A DNA stretch of 64,000 nucleotides, from assembly GCF_018350175.1 (NCBI RefSeq), contig NC_058377.1, forward strand, positions 63,302,001 to 63,366,000. Reading direction: 5' to 3'. The translations under genes and the position numbers were made by a program. Below the pieces are notes generated by a model that saw nothing but the letters and a program-made list of their open reading frames with translations, was not told where the DNA came from and did no database searches. Below are positions 47,830 through 60,133 of the stretch, in pieces. Each line of letters starts with the position of its first letter. The first letter of the stretch is position 1. The stretch comes from Felis catus. Lineage: Eukaryota.

Positions 47830-50095
47830 TTTCTCATTACTGTCCTTAGTAACCACCACTCTCCTATTTTCCTCTAAATAGCTAGCCCTTGGTCTTCCTA
47901 TCAATCCCTTGATACTTTAATATTACATGGACAGTCCGTTCAATATTTTGGCTGCTTGAACCAGTCAAGTTCCTTGACCCAGTCTCCAATAATTTTCACT
48001 CTATCTTAGCCACCCACTCCCTTAGTTATGTCCTGGCCGTTGTCATTACCCCAAACTGCTCCATCTTTAAAACACAATTACCAGCATCTTATTCACTGAC
48101 TGTATTCCTTCCACTTTATTGATCTATTTCTCTACTATTATTCTTTGATTTCACTGGAGCATTCAAGCCATTGATTCTACCTTCTCTCCACTAACACCTT
48201 CTGTCTTTCTGTTCCTGTCCAGCTTAAATTCCAGTCACTCTCTTGGAACAGACTAAATTTCTCTGTCATCTCTGTTGGAATCCAATAAAATAAGACATTT
48301 GTCTGCCTGCATTTGGACAGCTAAAAGCCCAAGGAAATCACCACATAGCAGATTTACATCACAATGAGTTCATGATTACCAGCGTCAACTGGGGTCTCAG
48401 CCCCTATAATCCCACTAGATTTTTTCTAGTCTCTCCCTGCAATGACTGTTTCAAACCAATATTCTTAAACCTCTTATTACCCTCACCATTCTCTCAAGTT
48501 TTCTACAGGTAACATTTTTTTAATTCATAGGTAAAAGTAGAAGCTATCAGTTGGGAGCTCCCACAAAATCTCAACAAAACTTGGTCACCCACCTACATCT
48601 GCATCATTCTCTTTCCCTCCTGTGTAAACAGAGCAAGCATGCCTCTTCAGGCCAATGCCTATTCCTGCCCTGAATCCTAGTCCTTCCTTCTTTGGGAATC
48701 TCTGACATCGGTTTTCCTATTTTATTACATTCTCACCATTGTTTAAACATGCTAAAGACTTCCTGTAGTAACAGGCAAACCACCCTACCTTATTTCTCCT
48801 TCAGTTACCATCCTATTTTTTCCCCCACTCTATAGCTTCTCAAAAACAGTTGGATACTTCGGCGCTCTCCATTCCCATTCATCCACCCACTCTGTTTTGA
48901 CTTCTACAACCTTTATATTGAAATCCTTCTTAATGAGGTTACCCTGGCTCACCAAGTGACTTTCATATCTCTGAATTCAGTGATGATTTCCCAGTCCTCA
49001 GTTTACTTCACTTCTCAATAGCATCTGGTAGTATTGACTAGTTCCTCATCATTAGCAGTCTTTTGTTGGTGTCTGTGATTCCAGTCGTGGTTCTGCTACT
49101 TTCACTGCAGCTTCATAGCCTCCTTTGAGGCTCACCTGTCTCTGGCCTTTACATCTAAAGATTTCTCTAGGGCCTGTTCTTTCTCAGACATTTTTCTAGA
49201 ATTGTTTCCTCCCTACTCCGAGCTTCAATTACTGATGACTCCCAGATCTCTCATCTGAGTTACTTGATTGACATCCCCACTTAGGTGTCTTAAAAACATC
49301 CCCACCTCAACATATTTTCCTCATCAATTTTCATCTTATACCTAGCTAGTACTTCTCCAGTTGCAGAAGATAGGAACCTCACTCATCCCCTTATTCAGTT
49401 GCCAAATCCCATCAGTTTGCATTTTACATTTCTAAATAGCCCTTGATTCTGTCTGCTTCTCCCTGTCTTCACAATCTTCCACCAAGGTTACTGCAATTGC
49501 TACTTTACCTCATGTCCACTTTTGCATCCCTCCAATCTGTTCTCCATTCATAGGTCAGAGAACACAAACTGATACTTAAAACCTTGCAATAGCTTCCCAT
49601 TCTTCTTAGGATAAAACATATTCTACATGTGACCTGTGAGGCCTTGTATGATCCAGCCCTTGCCCACCTCAGCTTTATTTTATTGGCTGTCAAACATTGG
49701 ACTGTCAGCACTGTTTGTTGAATTGAACCACACCTCACTTGTTCCCTCTCTGTGCTCTAACCATGTTGCCTTCTCAGTTCTAACCTGTCATGTGCTATTC
49801 AATCTCAGGGCCTTTGCACCTGCTATCTCCTGGCTTGCAGTGCTTTCCCCCTTACTTTACGTAGTTAACTTTTATTCATTCTTGAGTATTTAGTTTACAT
49901 GCTGTTTCTTCAGATAACTCTTCCTAGACTCCAGCTCCCATATTTGCTCTTGTTTTTTGCATGTAACACTTCTAACAGTTGGTAATTAATTATATGCCTC
50001 ATGAGGTCACAGTCCCATGTCTGTATTGCTCACCATTGTATCCTTATCACATAATATGGCACATAATATGTGCCTGGCAAATATTGAATGAACAT
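47830..50095 (+). mobile_element. Long degraded L2 LINE relic
   Basis: Pyrimidine-rich L2 body motifs (agccacccactccc, tgatgactcccagatct, agggcctttgcacctgct) ending tgcctggca...tattgaatgaa; boundaries approximate. Confidence 0.6.
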
Positions 50096-50479
50096 CTTTC
50101 AAGTTCCTCCCAGCTCAGTTTACTATTTACATATCAAGAGAAAGGCTTTATATGAGAAGAGACAGAAATGAATCTTCATTGAACTTTTGATCTTTTGCCA
50201 ATGATTTGGAGGTGTTTTTCATTCAAAATTTCACTGGTTGGTATCTTCTACCCTTAATATTCACAGATGAGTCAACACCTGAAAGCCTCCATCTGGAGTG
50301 AATCAGTCATTCTAGTTTTCACTCACTTTCTAAGTATTGTAGTTCTGCTTAAATATTTCTTGAACCCTTTCTTTTCTCTCCATCTCCTTTGTCACTACCT
50401 TAGTCAAACTTTCATCAGCTCTTCTAAAGATTACAGCAGCAATCACCTAGCAGCTTCTTTCTTGAGCCTGGACTGCTTT

Positions 50480-50955
50480 GATTAGCATTTAGCTAAGGTA
50501 TACATAACAGACTGAAAATGACGGTGACTTACAAACTTTTATTCTTTCAAGTAAAAATCTAGTCCAAAACTGGTGTGGCATCACACTCAACTGAGAACCG
50601 ATACTCGTCAGATTTCTGCTTATTGTATCAGTGTATCAGTGTACAATCTGCTTATTGTATCAGTGTATTGTGGTATGACCCTCAACTTTGTGACCCAAGA
50701 TGGAGTTTTACTTATCACATAAACATTCCAAGGGTCAGAATGGAGGAGGGGGTGGGTGAAGAGGCATGCCCCCCTCCCTTTAAGGACACATCCTAAAAGT
50801 TGCACATCAGAAATTTGTCATGTGGTCAGACCTTGTCACAAGGGAAGCTGGGAGATGTCACTTTATTCTTACTCATCATTTTTTTACCCAGTTAAAAAAT
50901 GGGAGCTCTGTTACTAACAAAGAAGAGACTGGCTATTAGAAGATACCCACCGATC
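50480..50955 (-). mobile_element. MLT1-like (MaLR) LTR relic
   Basis: caagatgg, tcatgtggtc, caagggaagctgggagatgt motifs typical of reverse-oriented MLT1; approximate. Confidence 0.5.
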
Positions 50956-51584
50956 TGTTTTCCACACTAGTCAAGAGTGATTCTTGCAAAATATAAATTT
51001 AACAATGGTCCTCATCCACTTAATGCCTTCCATGACCTTCAGCCTCTTTAGCTTCATAACTGAGGCTTTCTTGGGTGATCAGGTTTCAGGTGATCTCTCT
51101 GCCTCATCTCCAACCCCCTTTTCTCAGTTTTTGATTTTCTCACCCTTGGTTATAAAAGGATCAATTTATTTGTGGTGCTGAGATACATCATGCCAATTCT
51201 GGACTCTTTCCTTTTCTGAGTGTGCCCCACTTGCATTCATATATTCAGTAATTCACAAATATCTGAGTGACTGCGTTTTCCAGCACTGTTAAGCCCTGTA
51301 GATACAGAGGTGAATAAAAGAGGCAATCTTTGTTCTCTTGGGACTTAACACAGGTATGGTGAAGTTCAATATAGAATGAGTAATCACAACTGTGGTGCAT
51401 GTTACAAAGAAGAAATATGCGTTGTAATGGGAACATACAGTGGTAGGAACTTGTGTGGGGGATGAAAGAGAGCTTCCCAGAGCAGTGATTTAGAAGCTGA
51501 GATCTGAAGGATGAGTTAGAATTAATCAAGCAAAAGACAGGGAGAAGGGCTACCCTCCTTTCCTTCATGTCTTTGCTTAGAATA

Positions 51585-51748
51585 AGGAGAGGCAGAGAGA
51601 GAGAGAGAGAGAGAGACAGAACCCAAAGTAGGCTCCAGGCTCTGAGCTGTCACCACAAAGCCCGACGTGGGGCTCAAAATCACAAACCAAGAGATCATGA
51701 CCTGAGCTGAAGTTGGCTGCTTAACCGACTGAGCCACCCAAGTGCCCC
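51585..51748 (-). mobile_element. Can-SINE lacking its A tail (probably removed by later deletion)
   Basis: Head and (GA)n present, no T tract, no TSD seen. Confidence 0.8.
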
Positions 51749-51772
51749 TCTGATAACATTTAAAACTGCAAC

Positions 51773-52013
51773 GCAGTACAGCCACTCTGGAAAACAGTAT
51801 GGAGCCTCCTCAAAAAGTTAAAAATAGAACTACCCTATGATCCAGCAATTGCATTACTAGATATTTACCCCAAGATACAAAAAAAAAAAAAAAAAACAGA
51901 TTTGAAGGGGTATATGCACCCCAGTGTTTATAGCAGTAGTATCCACAATAGCCAAACTATGGAAAGAGCCCAAATGTCCATTGATGAAGAAAAAATGGTT
52001 ATATATATATATG

Positions 52014-52062
<49 letters not shown>

Positions 52063-52435
52063 CTCAGCCATCAAAAGGAATGAAATCTTGCCACTTGCAA
52101 CGATGTGGATGGAGCTAGAGCGTATTATACTAAGTGAAATAAGTCCGTCAGAGAAAGACAAATACCATATGATTTCACTCATATTAGAATTTAAGAAACA
52201 AAACAGATGAACTTATGGGAAGGGGGGAAAAAGGAGAGGGAAACCAACCATAAGAGACTCTTTACCATGGAGAATAAACTGAGGGTTGATGGAGGGAGGT
52301 GGGTCAGGATGGGTTAAATAGGTAATGGGTATTAAGGAGGACACTTGTGATGAGCACTGGGTGTTATATGTAAGTGATGACTAAATTCTACTCCTGAAAA
52401 CAATACAAAATACATACATACATACATATATACAT
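51773..52435 (+). mobile_element. 5'-truncated carnivore L1 3' end with internal (TA)n at ~52001-52060
   Basis: ORF2 C-terminal remnant (MFIAVVSTIAKLWKEPKCP), 3' UTR, (TACA)n tail; TGCAAC on both flanks. Confidence 0.88.
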
Positions 52436-53349
52436 TGCAACCCATCCTCTCCCTAGACATTCCTGATTCTCTTTATTCTCTGTTTTTCCATGGCATTATC
52501 ATTTCTCACATACTATGTAGTTTACTCATTTTGTTCTTTGTTTTTAATTCTGGATCAAGATTTTATAAAATTTGGTCATATATTACCGTGATTATACAAA
52601 ATTGTTTATATTGGCATTGTCTCCTGCAGTGGTTTACATTACTGTTTCCCCCCCCCCCCCCCCCGGAAGACTATTTTGGACTGTTATCACACATAAACAG
52701 GACATAGTGTGGACTTTTGGAATAGGCTTGTTTTATCATCTAAACAGAAACTAGGTTAGGATAGAAACAATTGTAGGGCTTTCGCATGTAATTCTCTTCC
52801 TTCAGATTCAAAGTATTATTTTCATTCCCAAGACTAGTGATATAAATTCTCTAAATGTGATCCTACTGGAGAGGGTGAAGATTAAGATCAATAATATTCC
52901 TATGGAAATTGAGAGTTTTAAATCATACCCTATGTATTGACCAGTCCTGTGGCTTACAATTATATTGTGCCTAAGTTCTATTTATTTTTATTTTTACCTT
53001 TTGGTTCCCTTCACCCATTGGTGAAATGGGTAAGGGGGCTCATTTTGTTTATTATTACTTGTATCTCCCACTAGAATTTACGTTCTATAAATTCATAAAT
53101 TAGGAATTTTGTCAATGCTATTGCTTTGTATGCTGATGTAACCAAAGACCTAAAATAGTGCCTAAAACAATTGGTGCTCAATAACTATTTGCTGAGTAAG
53201 TGAAGGCAAGAAAGAGAGTCCCAGAGCAAAGGTCTAGAGCTTGGCTTTAGAGAAAGGAGGAGCATCTCATTGGTAACAGGAAGGATGGAGGATGGATAAA
53301 GCAGATCTAAGTAGTTTTTTAATTTGGTACTGGGAGATTGAGAGAGTTT

Positions 53350-53575
53350 ATTTTATTTTTTAAATATTCTTTTTAATATACTTTTTAAACATTTATTTAT
53401 TTTGAGAGAGAGAGAGCATGTGCGAGGAAGGGAGGGGCAGAGAGAGAGGAGAGGGAATCCCATCTGTATCAGCGCAGAGCTCAGTGTGGGGCTCGATCCC
53501 ACAAACCATGAGATCATGAACCTGAGGTGAAATCAAGAGTCAGATGCTTGACCAACTGAGCCACCCAAGTGCCCT
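53350..53575 (-). mobile_element. Can-SINE
   Basis: T-rich tail, (GA)n, head; TSD AGAGAGTTT. Confidence 0.9.
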
Positions 53576-53598
53576 AAGAGAGTTTCTTTTAAATATCA

Positions 53599-54208
53599 TG
53601 TGTGATAGTTTTTATGTATCAACTTGGCTAGGTTACAGTGCCCAGTTATTTAATCAAATACTAATTTAGGTATTGCTGTGAAGGTATTTGATAGATGTGG
53701 TTAACATCTGTAATTAGTTGACTTTAAATGACAGAAACTACTCTTAATGAAGGTGGGCTTCATTCAATCAGTTGAAGACCACAGGAGCAAAACAGATTTC
53801 TCAAGGAATTCTGCCTCAAGACTGCAGCATTGGGGTGACTGGGTGGCTCAGTCCGTTAAGTGTCTGACTCTTGGTTTCGGCTCAGGTCATGATCTTGCAG
53901 TTTGTGCATTTGAGCCCTGGATCAGGCTCTGCAACTGGTACTGGTGTACCAGGCTGCACAAGGTAGTGTGCAGCCTGCTTGGGATTTTCAATCTCCCTCT
54001 GTCTGCCCCTCCCCTGCTCATGCTGTCTCTGCCTCTTTCAAAATAATAAATAAGTAAACAAACAAACAAACTTAAAAAAACAAAACAAAACAAAAAGACC
54101 ACAGCATTAATTCCTGCCTGAGTTTCCAGCATACTGACCTATCTTATAGATTTTGAACTTGCCAGCCCCCACAATCATGTGAGCCAATTCTTTAAAATAA
54201 ATCTATCT
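53599..54208 (+). mobile_element. MLT2-like (ERVL) LTR interrupted by a Can-SINE (53832-54094)
   Basis: tgtgatagtttttatgtatcaacttggctagg start; gccagcccccacaatcatgtgagccaattc end motif; SINE TSD AAGACYRCAGCATT. Confidence 0.75.
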
Positions 54209-54434
54209 AGGGACACGCCTGGGTGACTTAGTGAGTTAAGCATCTGACTTCAGCTTAGGTCGTGATCTCAGGGTTAGTGAGTTCGAGCCTTGCTTTAGGT
54301 GAGCATGAGCCCCACTTCAGGTAAAAAAAAAAAAAAAAAAATTAGCCCTGCTTCAGGTGAGTCCCTCTTCTCTCATTCTCTCTCTCTCTCCTTGTGGGAT
54401 TCTCTCTTTCTCCCCTCCCTCTCTTTCTGCCCCT
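54209..54434 (+). mobile_element. Variant Can-SINE with repeated GAGCCCYRCTTCAGGTGA-like units and an internal A run; runs into gap
   Basis: Three related units near 54285, 54307 and 54343. Confidence 0.75.
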
Positions 54435-55071
54435 NNNNNNNNNNNNNNNNNNNNNNNNNNNNNNNNNNNNNNNNNNNNNNNNNNNNNNNNNNNNNNNNNN
54501 NNNNNNNNNNNNNNNNNNNNNNNNNNNNNNNNNNNNNNNNNNNNNNNNNNNNNNNNNNNNNNNNNNNNNNNNNNNNNNNNNNNNNNNNNNNNNTTTTGTT
54601 TAATAGGAGATGAAGTTATCATTGGAGAGTGAAACAAGAAAATGGAAGATGAAAGAGTACAAGTTTGAAATAGAATTTTCACAGAATGGAAGAGTAGACT
54701 GACAGAAAAACTATAATTCAATTTTTAGGCAGTGTTGAGGGCTCAGTAGAGGCCACTGAACATGATTTTCTTCTGTCCTTGTCTGTCTGGAAAACCATTG
54801 TTTTAGGGCCATGAATTTCAAGGCCTGCTGTGACTCTGGGACTCTTCTTTGCCCTTTCCAGGAAGAACTGCTGCCCTCACTGAACACTATTATGTCTTGT
54901 CCACCTTTACCTAAACAGCACTTGGTAGAGTGCCACAAACAACAAAAACACATAGCTTCACTGAGCTTTATTCTAGGCATTTTACGTACATTAACTCATT
55001 TAATCCTCATAGCAACCCTGTTAGGTAAATGCTGTTATTACCTTCATTTTATTTAAAAAAATTTTTTTGAT

Positions 55072-55275
55072 GGGGTGCCTGGGTGGCTCAGTTGGTTAAG
55101 TGTCTGACTTTGGCTCAGATCATGATCTCTCATGAGTTTGAGCCCCATGTTAGATTCTGTGCTGACAGCTCGGAGCCTGGGGCCTGCTTCGGATTCTGTA
55201 TCTCCCTCTCTCTCTCCCCCTTGCCCATTCACACTCTGTCTCTCTCTCTCTCTCAAAAATAAACATTAAAAAAAT
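55072..55275 (+). mobile_element. Can-SINE within a MIR
   Basis: Head, CT tract, A tail. Confidence 0.9.
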
Positions 55276-55714
55276 TTTTTTTAATTGAAATGGAGGCAAA
55301 ATACCGTACAACTAGTGAGTGGTACAGTCAGGTTTTCGATCCAGACAGTCTGACTCCAGAGGTGATCCCCTTTCTCATCAATGAAGACTGCTATACATTT
55401 ATGCATTTGTTCCATAAATATTTTCTGATCACCTACTCATGGTGCCAGCACCAGGGAATGGGGATGCACAGAGAGCAATCAAGCCACCACGGAACTTATG
55501 TTTCTGGTCAAGGGAAATAGGCAGTAAGCAAATAAGTATTTACATGAGATGGGACTAAGTGCTGTGGAGAAAAATAATGCAGGGTAGAAAGGGTAAGGAA
55601 GGTAGGAACAGTGTTGTTATTTTATGCTGGATAGTCAAAGAACTCATTGATAAGGTCTCTGAACAGACTTGAAATGAGGGAATAAGCCTTGGGGACATCT
55701 GGAAGAGTGCTCCT

Positions 55715-56081
55715 TGTGGTATAAGCCTCTCATTGTCCCTCAGTATCCATTGTCTCCTTCTTTCTTTACTAATTGACTCTTGACTTTTATCTGGGCACAT
55801 GGTCACTGGAAATAAAGATCAGATTTTACAGCTTTCCTTGCAGCTAGGTGTGCCCATGTGTTTGAGTGATGTGTGCATTGCCAGATTGTGCCCTTAAAAG
55901 TAAAGGTGTGCCCCCTACTTGGGTGCCTGGGTGGCTCAGTCTGTTAAGTGTCCAACTCTTGATTTTTGGCTCAGGTCACTATCTCACAGTTCATAAGATT
56001 GAGCCCTGCATTAGGCTCTGCACTGACATTGTGGGGCCTGCTTGCAATTCTCCCTCTTTCTCACTGCCCCTCCCTTACTTG

Positions 56082-56116
<35 letters not shown>

Positions 56117-56965
56117 AAAATAAATAAACATGAAAAAATATATAAAAAAAAGTAAGGGTGTGGCTTCTAATTTTTCCTCCACGGACTGTGATGGGACCTA
56201 GCAGCATGGTGGTGAACTCTCTTGGACATGGAAGACAAGGACCACCTTCTTGGAGAAAGTAGAACAACTGAAAGGCTGTCACGTTAGCCCTCAAGTATTT
56301 ATACTTGGGCAGTTATGTAAGAGGGAAAAAAAACTTCCATATGGTTTAAACCACTGTATTTTGGGGTCCTTTTGTTGTTGTAACATATGTGGCTGGCAGA
56401 ATTTTAAGATGGTCCTGAATTTCCCACTCCCTGTGTGCATATCCTACATCATCGCTAGGACTATGAATATGACAGCTTATATGGCAGACTTGACTGTAAG
56501 AAAGCAATATTATCTGGGTGGGTCTGACCTAACCACATGGACTTTTTAAAAGCAGGGAGATTTCTCTGGCTGGATTCAGAAAGATTCCAAGCTTGCAAAG
56601 AGTTTGAGACATGGTTGCTGGCCTGAAGGTGGATGAATCACATGGCAATGAAGGAAGGTGGCCTCTAGGACCTGAATATGGTCCCCAACTGATGGCCAGA
56701 AAGGAAATTGGGACCTAGTCTTACAACTGTGAGGATCTGAATCCTGCCAGCAAGAATGAGCTTGGAAAAGAATTTTCCCCCAGAGCTTTCAGATGAGAAC
56801 TCAGCCCAGCCCACTCTTAGATTTCAGGTTTCTGATACTCTGAGCAAAGAACCCAGCCAAGCCATGCTAAACATGGATCTGCAGAACTACAAGGTACTAA
56901 ACGGGTATTTGTTTCTAAGCTACTTAGGTTGTGGTAATTTGTTACACAGGCACAGAACACTTGTA
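55715..56965 (+). mobile_element. Nested MLT1-like LTR relics carrying a Can-SINE (55920-56150)
   Basis: ttccttgcagctaggtgtgcccatgtg; second LTR from tgtggctggcagaattttaagatgg (56388) to tgtggtaatttgttac; SINE TSD AAAAGTAARGGTGTG. Confidence 0.6.
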
Positions 56966-58162
56966 TGAAACCTTGTATGTCTCCTAATAGATACACAAGC
57001 AGAGTAATTGATACATAGGCTCTGAGATGGGAGCATTCTCGGTGTAATCCAAGCACAGCTCAAGTGGAGTGGATGAGGAGAGAGAATAGGAGAGAAGGAG
57101 AGATAGTAGGTGGCTGATCACATAGCAACTTGTAGGCCATGTAGGACTTTGGCTTTCACCAGAGGGAATGAGATGATAGGGCATTAGTTTTAAGCAGAGG
57201 AGTGACAAGAGCTGCCCTTTGAAAAGGGTCACTGGCTGCTCTGAAAAGAACAGATTGTGGGGACAAGGGTCGAAGGAGGGAGTCCAGTTAGAAGGCTATG
57301 GAATAATCCAGGTGAGAAGTGATAGTGACACAGACTAAGGTTGTGACACTTAAGGTGGTGAGGAATTGTTGGATTCTGGATAGATTTTGAAGCTATAGCC
57401 AACAGAATTTGCCAAAGGATTCAACATGGGAGGTAGGCTGAGGTGGGAAGAGAGGGATGGAAAGAGAAATCTAAGGTGATTTCAAGGTATTGACCCAAGC
57501 AACTGGAAAAATGGACTTGTCATTTTGGGGGAGGCGGTGAAAGGAGTAGGTTTCTTTTGCCACCGGGAGGGAGGTGGTAGTTAGAAGTCTGGTTTGGACA
57601 TTTTAAGATTTTAAGTTTGTGTTATTTATCAGATATCCAAGTAGAGCCATTAAGGAGGCAGATGGACGTACAAATCTGGATTGCAGGGCAGAGGTGGGAC
57701 NNNNNNNNNNNNNNNNNNNNNNNNNNNNNNNNNNNNNNNNNNNNNNNNNNNNNNNNNNNNNNNNNNNNNNNNNNNNNNNNNNNNNNNNNNNNNNNNNNNN
57801 NNNNNNNNNNNNNNNNNNNNNNNNNNNNNNNNNNNNNNNNNNNNNNNNNNNNNNNNNNNNNNNNNNNNNNNNNNNNNNNNNNNNNNNNNNNNNNNNNNNN
57901 NNNNNNNNNTCCCACCCCCCATTTTGGACTTCTTATGATCAAGGATTTTGTCTTATTAGGGGTTTGCTTGTGGGGGAGGTGGTAAGGTAGGGTTGGTGGA
58001 TATGTGGATGGGGTGCAGGTAGGGTCCCAAAGACATAACTTGCTGGTACTTGGTGCCAGCTAAGACGTTCAGTGAATGCATAAATAGGCACAGGGATCAT
58101 ACTTTCCCACGACGCCCTCACGGTTGCTACTTCCCCAAATCACCGTGTCATTTCTTTTTCAG

Positions 58163-58409
58163 ACCCAGCCAGACCGATCACCTATTCTCAAAGCGTGTGG
58201 GCAGCCAGCAGGTTTGGTCTGGGCCGCAGTGCTTCAGCTTCCCTGTCCTCGCCCTAGCCCCTCGCCCTGCCCTTGTGCGACCCCGGACCAGCACGGATGC
58301 TGACTCCTCCCCTTTCCGGTTTCTGAGGGTTCCGGAATTCTGGGGTGAAGGCTCGGGCCTTAAGGGACCCTGTAACGGTTCTAACAGCTGGGAGGGGATG
58401 GAGCTGCGG
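58163..58409 (+). other. DNHD1: Candidate DNHD1 upstream exon ending ATG GAG CTG CGG (58398-58409)
   Basis: tttctttttcag acceptor, CGG|GTGAGT donor, local CpG cluster, GGGATGG Kozak context. Confidence 0.55.
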
Positions 58410-58964
58410 GTGAGTATCCAGCTTATAATCCTCTTCCCTTTGCCCTCAGACCTCCCTTGCCACTGCCCCAGGAAGTTCCCCTCCTCCCACACTCCCAGGG
58501 ACCCCCTGGCCCTCCCCCTCTTCTTCTTCCCTTCTCTCTCTCCTTCCTTTTCCTCCTCCTATTCCTCTTCCTCTTCCCCTTCCTCCTTCTCCTCCTCCTC
58601 CTTCCAGCTTGGTCCTTTGCCACTTTTTCCTCTCTACACTCCCCCAACCTCATCTGAACCATGTAGTTCTCTGTGCTTTCTGTTCCCAAGAGCCCCCTCA
58701 GCCCATGTTCAGACAGGACTGGGGCTTTGTTGCCACAGAGTGACCACCTGTTCCTCCCTTCAGGCCATCCCTGGGCTCCACTCCCAGTGACGTTCCTTGC
58801 TGTTACCAAAGTTCTCTGAGTGAGCCCTTTCCAAGTGTGCATCAGTTTGTGCAAGTGATCACTCCTCCATGTGCCAGTCTCTCTGTATGGGCAGCTGTGA
58901 GTAGAGTGAGCCTGTGCTTGGGACCCAAGTCTTGGTTCACCAGTTTCTCCAACAGGCAGTTGGG

Positions 58965-59028
58965 ATGAAACCTTACCAGCACATCAGTCTCTCTTCCCTT
59001 CCATTGCCTCCTGTACCCCTTACACCAG
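58965..59028 (+). CDS. DNHD1: Predicted DNHD1 N-terminal coding exon (exon 58956-59028)
   Basis: MKPYQHISLSSLPLPPVPLTP+G; CAG|GTGAGG phase-1 donor matches the phase-1 acceptor at 59298. Confidence 0.6.
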
Positions 59029-59298
59029 GTGAGGGGGACTGTGTCCTGGGTGGTGGGAAGGAACTCTTGTGCAGAGAGGGCCCCTGCCTTTGTCTTGGGC
59101 CTGCTTCTTACCAGAGTCATTGGGGAAACTGTTGTCCTCTGCTGTTCTGGCTCTGCCCTGCAGCTGCCCTGCAGCTCCATCCATTTCCCTGTCCTAAGTC
59201 CCTCCCCTCCCCTGTCCCCCAGCCCCTTAGACCCTGACATTCCTAGCCCAGAACCTAAGGCCCCTTCTCTCACCCCTGTTCTGGGCTGGGCCAAACAG

Positions 59299-60133
59299 GT
59301 GAGACCCAGCAGCCAGGAGCCTGGAACTGGCAGTCAGAACCTGAACAGTGGGCAAGGTCAGTTCGACAGCAGCTGAATGCCCAGCTCCTCTTGGTCTCGG
59401 AGCCAAAGGCGGACTTGTCTCCTGAAGAGGCATCACCTGAAGCCCTTGAATCTCAGCACTCCGTCTGTGTTCCAGACACGAAAGAGCAGCTCCAGGACCG
59501 TCAGAGGACACAGAGACAGTCCCCAAAGGCAGTGAGCCAGTCAGAGCAGCCCACAGCGCTGGAGCTCCTGGTAGCTGAGCTCCAAACTCTGTTCTCAGCT
59601 GTCCTGCGGGATGGCAGCCCTGCAGCTTGGCACTACCTGCATGCGGTGCTGCGTCTGCTGCCTCCATATCGTGTGCTGCTTGTTGGTCACCTTGATTTGC
59701 TGCCCTTCCTGGAGCAGCTGTCCCACTGGGCACCCTGGGTCCAATCCCAGCTCCAGCTGGACCTGCTAGATGCCATAGAGCAGGCCTTTCCCCCAGACAC
59801 CTCTTTGTTAGAGAGTGCCTCACATATTGAGTGCTGTTCCCAGAAGCAGAAGTTCCGTCACAGGCCCCCACACCCAGTCTGCCCTTTTGTGCAGGCCCGC
59901 TGGGGTGGGCAGCACGTGGGGGAGGAGTTGGCTACATCGCTGCGACCACTGACACTGCCAGAGCTACAGCGCAGCCTGGGTATTGTTGGTGCCCAGGTGG
60001 CCCTGAAAGAGACCTGGTGGCTAGATGGCCTTAGCCTCCTGCCCTTGGCACTGGCCACAGACATCCCCGTACGGTATGAAAGCAGGGACACTGATGATGC
60101 AGAGGAGGAGCCTGTTGGAAGAAAAGAGACTAA
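59299..60133 (+). CDS. DNHD1: DNHD1 (dynein heavy chain domain 1) large 5' coding exon; gene continues past the window
   Basis: ELLVAELQTLFSAVL...WHYLHAVLRLLPPYRVLLVGHLDLLPFLEQL...DIPVRYES...EPVGRKET matches the remembered DNHD1 N-terminus; AA|GTAAGT donor after 60133; 59391-60133 firm, 5' boundary inferred. Confidence 0.88.

Noticed and set aside
58050-58854. 246-aa and 143-aa ORFs across the CT-rich tract at 58505-58610
   Set aside because: Low-complexity Ser/Phe or Arg/Lys products from an intronic polypyrimidine tract.
59391-59393. DNHD1 as a pseudogene or TTG-initiated gene
   Set aside because: The frame is intact for 248 codons with a proper donor, and upstream in-frame ATGs with phase-matched splice sites give a simpler explanation; not fully excluded.
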